Source: Lama guanicoe (Eukaryota). From it: a stretch of DNA of 64,000 nucleotides. The notes beneath the pieces were generated by a model. The model was given only the letters and a program-made list of their open reading frames with translations, was not told where the DNA came from and searched no databases. Below are positions 24,830 through 38,212 of this stretch, piece by piece. Made by a program: the position numbers and the translations under genes. The stretch is from the NCBI GenBank assembly GCA_013239625.1, contig MU054187.1, forward strand, positions 22,013,280 to 22,077,279, in the 5' to 3' direction. Within the stretch, counting starts at the first letter, position 1. Every line of letters starts with the position of its first letter.

Positions 24830-25434
24830 TCCTAATCTGGAAATCAAAGAAGCTAAATTAGGCTGAATACGTTCTGCTTCTCTGGTTATTTTCCTTTTGA
24901 AATTGTAATTTTGATAAAATTTTGCCCCAAGTGGTTGGAATTTAGGGCGAATGATGGGAGGTTTTGATTTTAATTTGTGTCCCTTTAGGCTAGAGATAAA
25001 GGGAATCCCAGAGGGCAGGGTGCACAGAGAGAGCGAGCGAGCTACAGTCAACCCATCTGCACCAACCTGTTTACAATGGTGACCTGTCTTTTCACTAGCT
25101 ATGTCCCCATACATTTGACAACTATGGAAGTAATACAAAATAGAGAGCAAAAATTGGCCCTTGTTTGAATGCACTTAAATTCTATTCCGGCAGCAATAGA
25201 ACTCTGCAGTAGCCAAAAAGCTTTTCAGGAGCCCTCAGGAAGTTATAAATCCCCTAATTCAGGCGTTCAGGGAGAAAGACTTTGCTCTTGAGTCCATTAA
25301 AGTTTCCTGAATCTTGTTAATGACCACATTCATGCAGCTTCATAGATTTTGGGGGGATAAAAGGAGTAAGTAAAAGCAAAATAAAAGGCAATTTGAAACA
25401 TACTGAGTAAGACATTTACAGCACTTTCTAAAAC

Positions 25435-25786
25435 AGTCCTGCCCAGTAGAACTACAATGTAAACTACAAAAGCAATTTTAAGTTTCCCTGTAGCCACATT
25501 AAAAATGGCGGAAAAAAAGCAAGTAAAATTAATTTCAGTGGCATATTTTACTTAATCGTGTATGTCTAAAATGCTATTTGAAATACTTATTCAAAATATT
25601 TTGGAATGTTATCTTAACATGTAATAAAGATAAAAATTATTAATGTGTTATTTTACTTTCTTTGGTATTAAGTCTTTGAGATTCATGTGTGTTTTATACT
25701 TAGGTCATATTTCAATTTGGACTAACCACTTTTCGAGTGTTTAGCAGACACCCGTGGGTGGTGGCTTCCCCATTGGCCACTGCAGA
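25435..25786 (+). mobile_element. MER33 (hAT-Charlie)
   Basis: ctgcccagtagaac...gtagccacattaaaaa...caatttggactaaccacttttcgagtg...gtggcttccccattggccactgcag follows the MER33 consensus. Confidence 0.85.
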
Positions 25787-26549
25787 CCTACTGCATAAAA
25801 TCCTGGGGTAACGAGCAACGCAAGAGGTTCATGGTCATCCGGCGTGAGAATGGATATCTGGTTTGACTACTTGAACTGTTTCACTTGGTGAAATGACTTA
25901 TTCTCACCTTTGTTCTCTGTAAAATCATAATAATATTTCCTTTGAAGGACTTTGTGAATCTGAGACCAGGAAGCACGGCTTTGTCATCCTAGTTTCTTTC
26001 CTCATCCTATTAAAGGAGTTTTACACAAAGAAGACATTCAATGGATCACATGGAATTGAATAGAATTTGAAAGTATCGTCTCAAATGAGGAGTATTGTTG
26101 TGTCAAGGGTCTTGTATCTTCCCTTTTCTGTATATTATTTATTTGGTTTTGTTTCACATTCAAGGGACAATTTTAGGAATACAACAACACAAATCTCTTT
26201 CCTATAACGACTTAAAAGCAAGTGCTACAACAATTAGGAGTAGCAAGCACACCTGCATATTGCATAGGTGTGTTTATTTTAAATCTTGAAATAATTTCCT
26301 GCTTTTCAGATCTTAAAAATTATTGATGACAATCACGTTTTAGATTTTCCTGTTAAAATATAAGACATCAAATGCAGTACTTGACAATACAGAATGGTAT
26401 TTGGGAAATATTAAATAAAGATAAATAGCATGTGATCCAAATGTAGCAATTTTCAGAGATTTTTATCATCTTGGCAAATAAATGTTACAAATGAGTCTTG
26501 AACATGAGACAGAACTGTCTTGTCAGAAGCTGAAATTCAGTTGTATAAT

Positions 26550-26690
26550 CAGTGATCAAATGGAAATGTTATGTATCTTGATTGTGGCAGTGCTTTCATG
26601 GGTGTATATATCTATCAAAATTCATCAAATTGTACGTCTGAAATGTGCGTTTACTGGACAGAAATTATACCACAATAAAGTTAGTTAAAC
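26550..26690 (+). mobile_element. Old L1M 3' terminus
   Basis: tggaaatgttatgtatcttgattgtgg...tcaaaattcatcaaattgtac...aattataccacaataaag. Confidence 0.75.
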
Positions 26691-27219
26691 AGATCAAAAT
26701 TATGTAATGAATCACTGATCAGAAAAGAGACCCAAAGAATTTCTAAGAATTTCACAGGAAAAGTAAGTTATGCTGAAATGTTGCAATGGTTCAGAACACA
26801 TGGAAATGTAAAACTTAGGCCTAAGTATAGTGGGTAAAATGAAAGGAAAATGAAAGGGGGGCACATCAAAAAAAAAAAAATAGAGGGACTCACAGCTGCC
26901 CAAAAAGATAATCATCAGTTAGCTCCAACTCATTGTGGTTTGTTCCAGCCGAACCTGAACTTGAACTGTGGGCGTGGGGCAGTGCTTTGATAAATTCTCT
27001 TAAAGAAGACTAAAAAATAGAAATCTGTAGGAATAAGTCATGATAAAAGCATCTACCAGGACAAGTGAGAGGAGGAAATCCAGAATTATTATCTGTGAAA
27101 AAAATACAGGAAGCTAAGCTTACCTAAAATTCACCTGCTCTTTCCTCCAGGGGTTAAAAAAAAACCTATGATGAATCAACACCTTATTTTTGCCAAGATA
27201 ATTTATTTCCAATATTTTG

Positions 27220-27420
27220 AATGAAATGTAAGAAAAGAAGGCCTTGCTTTAAAAAGCCAAGCATAAAAAAATGTCGAGTTATTTTTAGAGGAATCAGTAA
27301 TAAATGGAAGTCGGCAAGAATCAGGTCAGTGATAATACAAATCACATACAAGGATTTGATTATAATAAAGATAAAGAGAGCAGTCACTTGAATTACTATT
27401 TTTGCAGCATTTGGTATTTT
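27220..27420 (+). mobile_element. Possible highly decayed CR1/L3 LINE fragment
   Basis: One frame reads KDKESSHLNYYFCSI, loosely like the CR1 ORF2 motif DxEKAExLNxxFxSVF. The match is weak. Confidence 0.25.
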
Positions 27421-28140
27421 TGAGATATTTGTAATGGCTACTAGGAAACACATTACAAAATGCTTCTTCCATCTAACAAGATTCAGGTCTATATAACCTA
27501 AAGTTAGGATTACAGATTATCTCTGCAGTTTAGTACTAACCAAATTAAAATCATCAAAGATTTCCCTGATTCGTTAAATACATGATTAATTTTATTATTA
27601 AAATTAGGTCTTTCTTGTAGAAAACACTTTGCAGGGGGGTAATCTTTATTTAAGAATTACCTCCTCACCCTTAAAAATACTTACTGAATGCTTGAGACTT
27701 GCACTAGTGTTCCATAAATTTTGATGACTGAATGAATGAAGCATAATTTTAAAATTCAAATCAGCCAATCAAATGGAACAATAACATAGATGGAGAAAGA
27801 TTAATATGTAAGAGCTGGGGTTCAGATTGGACATTCTTGAGGAAAGAAAACACTATGCAAAAAAAATGCAAACTCTAAATTCAAGTGGTCATTTATTAAA
27901 TACACTCTCCACACTTCAGATATTATGTAGTCATTCATAAGTAAAATTCTGAAAATAGAAGAAATATGAGAATTTTGAAATATTATACCTAAGAAAAAAC
28001 TCCCTCTGCAATTGTTGGGTTATAGTGTGTGTTTTTACTTCCAATGGCTCAACTTAGATAAGGCAGCTGCCTCCCATTTGAGCCCAGTTGCTTCTGACAC
28101 CTGGAAGCGTGAACCTAAAAGTAGAGTAAGGCATATCTGT

Positions 28141-28332
28141 TCTTTTTTTTTTTTTTTTTTGGTATATGTTTCTTATTTTTTTTTTGGTATATGTTTCTTT
28201 TTAAAAAAATTTTTGGAAGGATAATTAGGTTTATTGACTTATTTATGTATTTTAAGGGAGGTACTGGGGATTGATCCCAGGACCTAGTGCATGCCAAGCA
28301 CGTACTCTTATCACAAACTATACCCTTCCCCC
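28141..28332 (-). mobile_element. Camelid tRNA-Ala-derived SINE (Vic-1-like)
   Basis: ataattaggtttatt...ggaggtactggggattgatcccaggacc...ctatacccttcccc is the reverse complement of the SINE; T-rich tail on the left. Confidence 0.92.
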
Positions 28333-28789
28333 TCCTTTTCATGTACATTTTACATATTTTATTGCCTTCATTGTAATTGTTGTGCTCAAAATCCATAAGG
28401 GCTCTTTATAAACTCTATATCCTAGGTATATTTAGATATCAGGTCATATTCATATACATTCATACATCAATTTCTTAAATTAAATGTGGTTGCCTGTACA
28501 AGCACCTAATTAGATATCAAATAAATACTTTAAAATATTAGCTAATCATAAGTACAAGAAAATTGATGTTTTCAATAAACACTGTGGATTATCTTATAGA
28601 TATTATTAGCCTTCAATTCTAATTCTAATAGTCTACTAATGATGCCCCCTAAAATTCAGGTCTGGATATGCACAGTGAACAAGGGCTTTGCGGTATATTG
28701 TATACTCTGGGTCTATAATATAATTTGAATGACAATGGAAACATCTCTCCATCATGTAGAAAATGAAAAAAGAACGGAGAAAGAGTGGA

Positions 28790-29040
28790 TTAAACATAGA
28801 GCCGAGCCGTGAATGGCGGGAGTCCTAGTACTGCCCTAAGTCTTCACTAAGACAGAGTCCTGCATTGGTTTCCTGCGATACCTTGTGCACTTCTTTGTTT
28901 CAATTTCGGTGACTGTCAAGTGGGGATATTATTTAAATATGTCCTAATTTATACTTTAGTTGTGAGGATTACTGAGCTAATGTCTGCATAATTCACTCCA
29001 TTTTTGGGAAAGTGGTGCATGTGTAAAAGATACCATTGCT
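28790..29040 (+). mobile_element. MIR
   Basis: gagtcctagtactgcc...ccttgtgcacttctttgtttcaatttc...gtggggatatt...tagttgtgaggatt. Confidence 0.55.
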
Positions 29041-30284
29041 ATCCAGGTAGAGAGTGGTCATTACGCTGCTATTTTTGCTTAGCCACTAAAAACTTGCCCA
29101 GAAAAAACGTAAGGCACGTGTCAAAACAAACAAACACACAGCAACCAATACCTAATGCTAAGATGGCATGCCCATGTAGAATTAAATTAATATCATCACC
29201 CTCTTACAAAAAAAAAACCCAGTTGAATCTACATAACACAATGTGAAGAGGGAATTTGGCAGGCACCTGGTTCATGTAATCAATGTGCCAAATACATCAT
29301 CTTGGTCAGGTTTTTGTTATGTTCTGTTTGGTGGTGTTTTTCGCGTGTACTCACAAACCAAGTAAAAAACTTTTTAATGTATATCACACATACCAAATGA
29401 AATAATCATATTCTCAGGATATTAATAACCCAATTAATCTTAATGCTTACCTAAACAATAGTTTAAGAAATTCATGTAAAATAAATTTCATTGTCATCAA
29501 AACATTACATGGCTAATGCAGTCACTGTCTTGTTAGCTCTTAGAATATCCATATGGCCGTCCTGGAAAAGGGTGTCCAGACATTTGACTCTGTCAGGCTA
29601 CTGGCTCCCATGATGATGTCATTCCAGTAAAGTTAGCCTAGACTAGGCTCTGAAAAGATTTTCAGGCTAAATATTATACTTTGTTGTATCTTAAAAATTA
29701 TTGAAAATTGTGTCAACTATAGCTGGATATTTTATGAAAGAAAATGAAAACCACCATCTTTATCTTTCCAAACACTCCAGATCTTTCTACAAATGTGGCA
29801 ACCTGATTTAAAAAGGTGAAACGTTGGATTGCATAATTTTTGGCTACATAATTAGCTGGTTTTTCATCTATCTTAGTCTAATATTGCACTATCTGAAACA
29901 GTCTCATCATAGAATTATATGTATAATTGGTTTCTTGAATCATTTTTGTATGTGTTCTGTGTACAGATATCTATAAATATAGAATTCAATGATGAGATTT
30001 TAAAAGACTAATTAAAATTTGAAATTTTCAGACAAAAATAGGGGGTGAAGATGAGACTGAGTTTAGGAATATTAATGAATCTCCCTCTCCCATACTGTAA
30101 ATTTTGTTGGGAGTGGCATTAACTTTAGGATTGTCTTCTCATTACTTTTACTTAACAATTGCAAAAGTGACCCAAGCTGCAGATAAAATGAGAGAACAAA
30201 CATTACTAATTTAACAAATGATTGTGTGGATCAAGCAATATTTTAAGAATAGTAATAGGAATAGTAATAATATGCCAAATAATA

Positions 30285-30490
30285 ATAATATCATATTAGC
30301 AAGTTTCAATGTGTAACAGACAGTAAAATATTACATACACCATCTTAGTTCACCTCTGCACAGCTTCATAAAGTAAGTGTATTTTTATCCTAATTTTACA
30401 AAGAGGAAGCTGAGCATAAGAGATTAAGTAATTTGCACATAGTATATATTAGGACTAGGCTATAAAAGTCATTTGACTCCAGAGCCCACG
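30285..30490 (-). mobile_element. MIR
   Basis: atttttatcctaattttacaaagaggaagctgagcataagagattaagtaatttgc...tgactccagagccc. Confidence 0.7.
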
Positions 30491-30569
30491 CCCATTTTCC
30501 CTTTGTTTTTCATATTACACTTGATATTGTAGAAAATATCATGAAAAAAAATTCTCATATAATTAGAGT

Positions 30570-32352
30570 AGGTTGTATTATTGTTCCTAAATTTTCACTG
30601 CCCTTCCCAGGGGAAAGATTTTACTTCCTGGCCTCATGGGTGTCAAGTTTGGCCATGTGGCTTTTTTTCAGTCAATGAGATGGTCTGCTTCCCAGTCATA
30701 GCTTCAAGAACCAGCACGTGGTTTGCCACGATCTTGGTCCTCTCTGCCACAAGGGTGGCAATGGCCCAGAGAGGAGCTGTTCCATCAGACCAGGTCCTGA
30801 CGTGAAAATGGAGACAGGGAGCGCAGCCACAGCTGACACACACAATGCACGTGCAGCAGGAGCTCTAATAAAGACACATTTGCAGTTGTAAGTCACTGAA
30901 ATTTTGTCCATGTGGGGCTGTTATTACCATAGTATAACTTAGCCTAAACTGACACTTTCAGGAATTGGTGACTAAACAAAGCCAGGTCGGAAGTAGAATG
31001 AGTAAAAAGGAAGAGTTATTTGAGGTTGGTCATATGGTAATTCACGTTGTGAAATGGTGAAACAGTTCATAAATCTGTGGCCTCGAATAACTTAAAGAGC
31101 AAATGATGCTCCTAATAAGCTTGTTGCTTCTGACCAAGATGTTGGGGGACAGTGTCCTATGTCTTGGTTGTTGCTGACTGCATTTGACAATGTACACTTG
31201 GCAGAGAAGAGATCAGAAAACATTGATCAGTTTGCAAGATGGTATAAAAGGAAACAGGGAAAGCTGAGAGCTTTAAGAATTTGCAATGTTGAATGGTGCT
31301 ACCTATTCTCAGCTATAACCCAGGAATGATAAAACTTAGGCGGCTTTTGTATGACAAAGGGAGCCAATTAAAGTTCAGCCAAGGACAAACCAAAACATAT
31401 GGCTATCACATCCTCAGTTAAAACACTTGAAGTGATCAATGTGACACATAGTACTTCTTGCATTGAACAAATGGCTCAGAGGAAAAAGACTAATGCTGTG
31501 GCACTCCCAAGGAAGTGTGTGATAGGCTCAAGATACCTAAATTAAGTGCAGAGAGAGAGGCATGTCCACTGGCAAGCAGAGTTGTTGGAATCAAATGGAC
31601 AAGAAGCCAGCTATGTTTCTGAGTGAGTGGTACTGTCATAAAAACACCACATGGACTAAAAGAGACTGCCTCTTCTTGAGACCTAGGTCCCTAAACTTCC
31701 ATGGGTAGAAAGTAGACTGAGAATGCACCTCAGCCCCCAATGAACGTCATCTCCACTCTTCCCTTCAGTTGTCCCCGAAGAGCATAATGGAAGGAAGCCT
31801 CTTCAGAGGGCAAAGTTAGAGCCCATGGAAATAATGAACCTCAGCACCATTCCCAGGATGGAATTGGAGAATTTTCAAGGAACATTCCCATCCTCAGGTG
31901 ACCTCAGACTTATGGACCAGTGACTGCTGTGGCTCCCATTGTCCCTTCCTCTGAAGGAGAATACTTATTACAGTTATCCTGATCCTGCTCCGCCTTTGTA
32001 TATTGGATGTCTACAGGGTAGATTATTTGTTAATAGGTCTCCAGACCAATGTAAAGACCATCACCAGCCCCTGGATTTTAAGTCTGATGCCATGACTAGT
32101 AGGGTTATCTCTGTGGGAAGTGGGTAAGTGTGGTCTGTATGTGGGAGTTGAGAGAAGTGAGTATTTGTGGTATTTGCTGTCCCTCCCTAGAAGCAGGTTA
32201 CACTATCCCAAATCACGAATGTCAGGCTTATACATGTGACTTTCCTTGGCCAGTGAAAGAAGTGGCATGAACAGAGCCACAGCTGAGCCTAATGGATAGA
32301 CATTTGGAGTCATTTGTTACTGTAGTCTAGCCTAGGATTTGCTGACTGATAC
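30570..32352 (+). mobile_element. Complete old MaLR: MLT1-type LTR (about 30570-30955), internal region, 3' LTR remnant (about 32166-32352)
   Basis: Both LTRs share the catgtg(g/a)ctt...cca(a/g)tga motif and end ...gtta(t/c)...tagccta...ctgac(t)...aca. The interior has MLT1-int motifs (aatctgtggcctcgaataactt...cctaataagctt; tatggaccagtgactgctgtg...ttatcctg). Confidence 0.7.
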
Positions 32353-34104
32353 AATATATATTCATCCACTAATCTATTTAACATTTATTAAATAATTACC
32401 AAGTGCCAGGCACTTGAGGTACAAAGGTCAGAGGGAAACACTTGTGGTAGACCAAAAGGGCAAATACCTGTACCTGATACAAGCGCGAAATACTTGCTGA
32501 GAGTTCTGGATATGGAACTAGAAAAACGTGATTTTGTTGCTTAGGATTAATCTTGCATATTTCTGTGTGGTGTGTGTATGCGCATATCTCTAAAATGTGG
32601 GGAATAAAGTGGGGTGGGTGGTATTATGACTTATGTAGCATGTCTCTTAGATGTGCATTTCCTATCAAATTTCACTTTTTAGACTTGCAATAAAGCTTCA
32701 TTGCAGGAAAGGAAGGAAGGAAGGAAGGAAGGGAGAGAAAAATGCAAAAGCATCCTCAGAGCATCCGGGGAGACTTGACTGCCTTTGTTGCTGCTATTTT
32801 TAGCCTGCCCTGCTTCTGTCAGACAGGGTCAGTACTGAATGCCAGGGGCAAGATGGTGTCCTCGGCAGAAGCAAGATAGTGTATTAGGGATGTTTTTACA
32901 AAGCTGCCCCTAAAAAACTCAGAGGGTGAGCAATGGAGTAATTTTTACTTATGAAGGGACTGTGTTTTGGACTCTTAAATGTCAAAAGACTGAATTGAGG
33001 AGATACCATAAATGCCCTTGATCAAGCGAAACCGGCCACCTTGGCCTTTCCTTCAAAACATTTTAGTCTGGGCATTGCAGTGCTGGCGGTGCACGCTCTG
33101 TGAATGTCAGGGCTCACTGGATCTTTATTTGGAAAGATTATCTAATCATCACAACGTCTTACAGTACAATTTAAGTGACAGAGTCAGCAACAAATCTTGA
33201 CCTGTAGATCAAAGGACTATCTTAGAAGGAAGAGAGGAATCATCTTGATTCTTGGGTTCTCAAAATCATCACACAGAATTGCTAATTAATTGTGAAACCT
33301 TCTTCCAAAAAGGCACTACTTTGTTGTTTTGGTTTTTTCTTAAAGTGTTTGCTGAGAAACCAGGTTGATTATCATACAGTTTCTTGAATGCAGGTGAAGG
33401 GTGGAAGATGCGCAGTTTAATATGCTCAAACAGAAGGCTTCCCCGTCCATATTTAGCACTGACAGAGAGGAATCTGCTGCTAAGGTTCCAAGGTCAATTC
33501 CAGATGGTGGAAATTAGACTCAGTGGTTGTTCCATAGTCATTTGTACACTGACTCTTCCAAAATTGGCCATCAGCATATCATATACATGCCTTGCCACTC
33601 TTTTGAGATTATCGATTCACTGTTTTGAGGATAGGGCTCAGACCCACCTGGTTAACACATCAGTCTGAATTTTGCAGCTCCAAACTGTATAACCCCCCAA
33701 AAGCTGTTTATATCTTCTCTCCTGTTCTGCAAAAGTAAAATTTTTTCTGAGTGGTCTCCATATGCAAGTCAAACTGTAGACTGAAATTATGGTCCACCTG
33801 AACACTGAAGTTCTCCCATGTAGAGGTCATAATTAGGGTGTCCTCAAATAACCTGTTTCTTTTGATCAGCTTTGACAGAAGAAAGGTCTTTCTCCAAGTG
33901 ATGCAATTCCATTCACTCATTTGTTGGTTTGTTAATTCACTGTGAGAAAATCAGCTCTTTATACCAACCCAGCTCCCTTCAAGCATTTCCTCCTTCCTAC
34001 GAGTCTGCCTGGTCTCAGGCAGCTTAAATGTGTTCACTCATCTTTCCTGAGAACCTGGCTTCTATTGTCATTTTCTTCTATTCTATTGTCATTTTTGATC
34101 AGAG

Positions 34105-34231
34105 CCCTTTTCTTGTGGGGATGGGGGATGATAATTAGGTCTATATATTTACTTAGTGGAGGTACTGGGGATTGAACCCAGGACCTCATGCATGCTAGGC
34201 ATGCACTCTACCACTGAGCTATACTCTCCCC
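34105..34231 (-). mobile_element. Camelid tRNA-Ala-derived SINE (Vic-1-like)
   Basis: ataattagg...ggaggtactggggattgaacccaggacctcatgcatgctaggcatgcactctaccactgagctatac. Confidence 0.93.
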
Positions 34232-35252
34232 AACCTTTTAAATGTATCATTTGAGAGGAATCTTCTTTGTTTCATCCTGTTTTTATTTTAGCTTTGGCTT
34301 CTGCTTTCAGTGTTTTTCTGGCTGACAAATAGTCTTAGCCTTTCCACTATCTTTCAGTTCACTTCAGTTTTATTCTATGTGAATCTGCAAACACCCACTA
34401 GGGGTTCACATAGTTCCTGTATTTAAGGTCTTTGGCCCGTCCGGTTGTGCAGGAAGACTTTATTTCCCCACTGGACAAACCATCATATCTTCACTAGATA
34501 TTTCATCGTGTGTTGCAGTATTATTTTTGATATTATTGGTAATAATATTATTGTTGTTCCTCTTTATCAAGCACAGAGTCACTTACCAGCCCTGTGCTGA
34601 GCACTTTGTAAAAATTTATCAGTGTTCCTCCAAATACAGTAAATAGACCCTCAAAACACAGTACAAATAGAGATTGTTAGGCAATTACATTTCAAAATGT
34701 TCCTTGTTGTATACCTTCCTTAACTACTCAAAGACTCTGAAAAATTTTTAACATTTAACTAGCATTTTTTAAATCAGAATTTTCCCAAATTAATACCCAT
34801 CAACATTTCACAAGGCAAGTGTCTTGAGGTACATGCTTTGGAAAAGGCAGTGCTGTGTCAATGCTTCTTTATAGAAAACTAGGAAGGCAGACATTATTCT
34901 CCGCATTTATAGGCACAGAGTGAATCCAGAGTGACTGGAATTCCTGCTCAGCTGGGCGAGTCATGGAGTAACAGGGTGGACATCAAATACAAGACTGAGT
35001 CCAAGGCCCACACGCTTAACCCCTCTGCTATTTTTACTTTAACTCTGCTAAATGTTAAAAAAAAAACAAAACTTATTTTAAACCAACTATTTTTCTGACA
35101 TTTAGCTCTCCCAGTGCCCACAAATTGAGCAACTTCAGATGTACCACTTGGATCTGAAGAAGGATGAGATCTGTGTTGCTCTGTAACCATCTTAGCCAGG
35201 TGTTCTGCTTCATAGCACTTTTGTGACATTTATCTCTTTTGGGGACTCAGTT

Positions 35253-35487
35253 TGGTGGTGTCCTGAAGCAGTCTTATACTGGCTTCTGACAGTCAGTTGT
35301 TAAATTTCCACGAACTTTCTGAGCCATTTGTTAAACAGCCATTGCTCAAAATTAAAGTATGTAAAATCACGTTACATTAAAAACAAACTACATAAAATTA
35401 AATGTTGTCTTAAAAACAAAGGCAATAAATGCTCCCAACTCATCAATTCCTAACTATTTTACACTTTACTATTATCTATGCTTTTGA
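35253..35487 (+). mobile_element. MER63 (hAT-Blackjack) 5' part
   Basis: gttgttaaatttcc...gagccatttgttaaacagccatt...aaaaacaaaggcaataaat...actcatca...ttactattatctatgcttttga. Confidence 0.75.
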
Positions 35488-35820
35488 TGTTGCAGGGGAG
35501 CAAAATTTATTCCCCCAGAATGTCTCTTTGGGCCATGGATTATTGCCCACTGAAAACAATTAAGAAACAGAAGCCTCAGGAAGTCTTTCTTTTTACCTCC
35601 CCTTTAGCTGCCTAGGACACTTGAAATTAACGCAACACTGTAAATCAACTACACCTCAATAAAAGTAACAATTAAAAATAATTCTAAACTTTAAAAAAAA
35701 AACTAAAAAAAAAGAAAAGAATTTAGATAAAGGGCCTGTTCTCAGAACAGAACTATCACCAGAAATGTCTGCAAAGAATATGGGTTAAGTGTGGTGGGGG
35801 AAACTCTAGGCAGCTCTGTT
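35488..35820 (+). mobile_element. ERV1 LTR 5' part (MER34-group) carrying a tiny L1 3' tail at about 35618-35718
   Basis: gcaggggagcaaaattt...ccccagaatgtctctttgg...ggattatt; the insert aacactgtaaatcaactacacctcaataaa plus A tail is an L1 terminus. Confidence 0.65.
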
Positions 35821-36079
35821 CAGATACAGGAAGCTGAGAAATCAACACTGATAAAAAAGCTTCTCTGACTCTTTAAAATTCAAACATGGTCTTTCCAAAA
35901 ATTGAATTTAAAAGGATTTAAAATATTAAATTCATTTAGATGGTATTTGGTACTTGCTGTTTTCTGACCCAGGTGCTCTGATCACTGTTTATTTTTAGCT
36001 TGGAGCCAAGGCTTTCATTATTAAATGTGAGCTATCCCAGCTGTGAGAGGTGGTACTTGTTCTCTCAGCTTCGTTAATT

Positions 36080-36680
36080 AAATTATCACACAAAAAGGTA
36101 AAATTGCCACTCTTAAAAGTGCTCTGATGAGCGGCCAGACTCGTAGAGGTCAAGGAAGGCTTCTCTGAGGAAGTGGAACAGTACGGTGTGAAGCACAAGT
36201 AGGAAGGAGGAAGGGAGGGCGAGGTGCCTGTTGGGTAAAAGGAGCAGCATGTGAAAAGGCCCTGTGGTGGGAGGGAGCACAGCAAGTACGAGAGAAAGGC
36301 TTTTGACAATGGAACAAAGAAAGCAAGAAGAAAGGTGCTCCACGTGAGGCCAGAGAGGTGGGGATGGCTCAGATCTACAGGTGAGCCATGCTGCTGATTA
36401 TTGTAACTTATCCTCAGAGCCATGGGTCACCATAGGCTGGAGGTGGTAGTGGGGGCAGTGCAGACTGACCTGAATAAGGGAAGGTGTGCATTCTACAAGG
36501 TCAATGCTAGCTCTCGGGTAAAGAGACAAGGGGGGTGGGTGCAGAGCGGAGGCAGGTGGATCAGTTAGGAAGCTATTCCCAGGTAGATGAGAGAATAGAA
36601 CACTCGGGAATAGAGACATAGCAGTGGAGACGGGAAAAGTGGGCAGGAACATTCAGGAGGCAAAATTACGAGGATTTTAT
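36080..36680 (-). mobile_element. L2 fragment
   Basis: ggtcaaggaaggcttctctgaggaagtg...gcagcatgtgaaaaggccctgtggtgggaggg...agttaggaagctatt...ccaggtagatgag. Confidence 0.8.
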
Positions 36681-37857
36681 ATAATCTCTCCTGAAGCACC
36701 AACACTGGTGTTTCTCACCAAGGAATAAAAGGGCCGTCGGCCACGCCTCACTACAGAGTGTGCAGTAAGTCCCTTTCTGGCAGTGGGAGGGCACTTGTGC
36801 TGATAAAACCCTCGTTTGTCGTGTTCTTATGTGGATCTAGAAACAGTCTGAAGCACAGTCTTAAGTGCATCATCTGTGTCCAAGAAACAGAGCAAAGTGT
36901 GGTGGTGCAGACATGAAAAGGCAGACCCCAAGTCTGCTTTTCAGGCTCCTGTGGAGAACAACCACTGCGCCCAACACCATGTTTATACCTCCTTCTCTCT
37001 GAACTCTGGAACCTTCTCATAAGGGCAGGTGGTTAGTTAAAACCTTCATCTCTCATATACGTAGATCAGTTTAGTGCTCGTTGGATCCAGTAACACTGAA
37101 ATACATTTGTCGTTTAAAATGAACAGCACACCAAAATTAAAAATGAAATGTTGAGAACTTCAGAATTTTTGCCAATAAAATTTCTGTGTCCTATATATTG
37201 TGACTTAGCTGTCTTAAATAATTTGAAGGCACTTTTTCACTTTTTAAAAATACTTTTATATTGGGGAATTTTGTCAACTAACAAAATTAAATTTATCATC
37301 ACCCACTTTCCACAACCATTTTCCTTATATCTATACACCTGTTTCTCTCCCTCTCTCTCTCTCTCTCTTTCTCTCTCGTTCTCTGTCTTCTAGTTGGAAA
37401 TGTATTTTCTGTTTCTAGCTGCTGTGAAAACTCAGGGGAAAAAATATATGTATTTGCTTAGAGAGCACTAAGAAATGACTAATTACTCAATTTCAAAGCT
37501 TTCAAAAATCAATTGTGCACCGGAACTCCTTAAGTATCCATTTAAATGACATATAGTCCTGTAAGAAAAAGAAATGTTGATGGCGTTTTGAAAAGATTCA
37601 CTTAAGTTTCTGATTTTTCCCCCCACAGTGTTCCCCGCCCCCGACAAAGGAAGTCTTCCTTTCTGCTTTTTCCCCCCAGTTAGAACATGGTGAGATGTGC
37701 TGAGTTGGCCGAGAGAAACCATGACATTGATTCTATTAAATAATATACTCCATTGGCTGTTGGATAAAGGTTATTGCTTTTGAAAACCACCTTCAGTTTG
37801 TAAAAGCGCTGTGCTTACCTTTCATGATGCAATTTTTAATCAAAATAATTGTATCCT

Positions 37858-38212
37858 TGACTCATAGACATAGGAAGTAAACTTATGGTTACCAAACGTA
37901 GCAGGGAAGGATAAATTAGGAGTTTTGGATTAGCAGATACTAACTACTGTATGTAATATAGATAAACAACAGAGTCCTACTGTATAGCACAGGAAACTGT
38001 ATTTGGTATCTTCTGATAAACCATAATGGACAAGAATATAGAAAAGAATATAAATATATATATATATATATACACATATATGTATATATACACATATATA
38101 TATACACATACATACATAAACTGAATCACTTTGCTGTCCTCAGGAAAATAACACATTGTAAATCAACTATACTTAAATTAAAGAAAGAGATTAAAAAAGA
38201 AACAAACAAACA
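37858..38212 (+). mobile_element. L1 3' UTR terminus with (TA/CA)n
   Basis: gactcatagacatag...aaacttatggttacc...ctactgtatagcacagg...ttgtaaatcaactatactt plus A-rich tail. Confidence 0.9.

Noticed and set aside
34395..34407. CTCF-like motif ccactaggggttc
   Set aside because: Only a partial match to the core; expected by chance.
35995..36652. 142-aa and neighbouring ORFs
   Set aside because: They lie within a decayed L2 and show no recognisable protein similarity.
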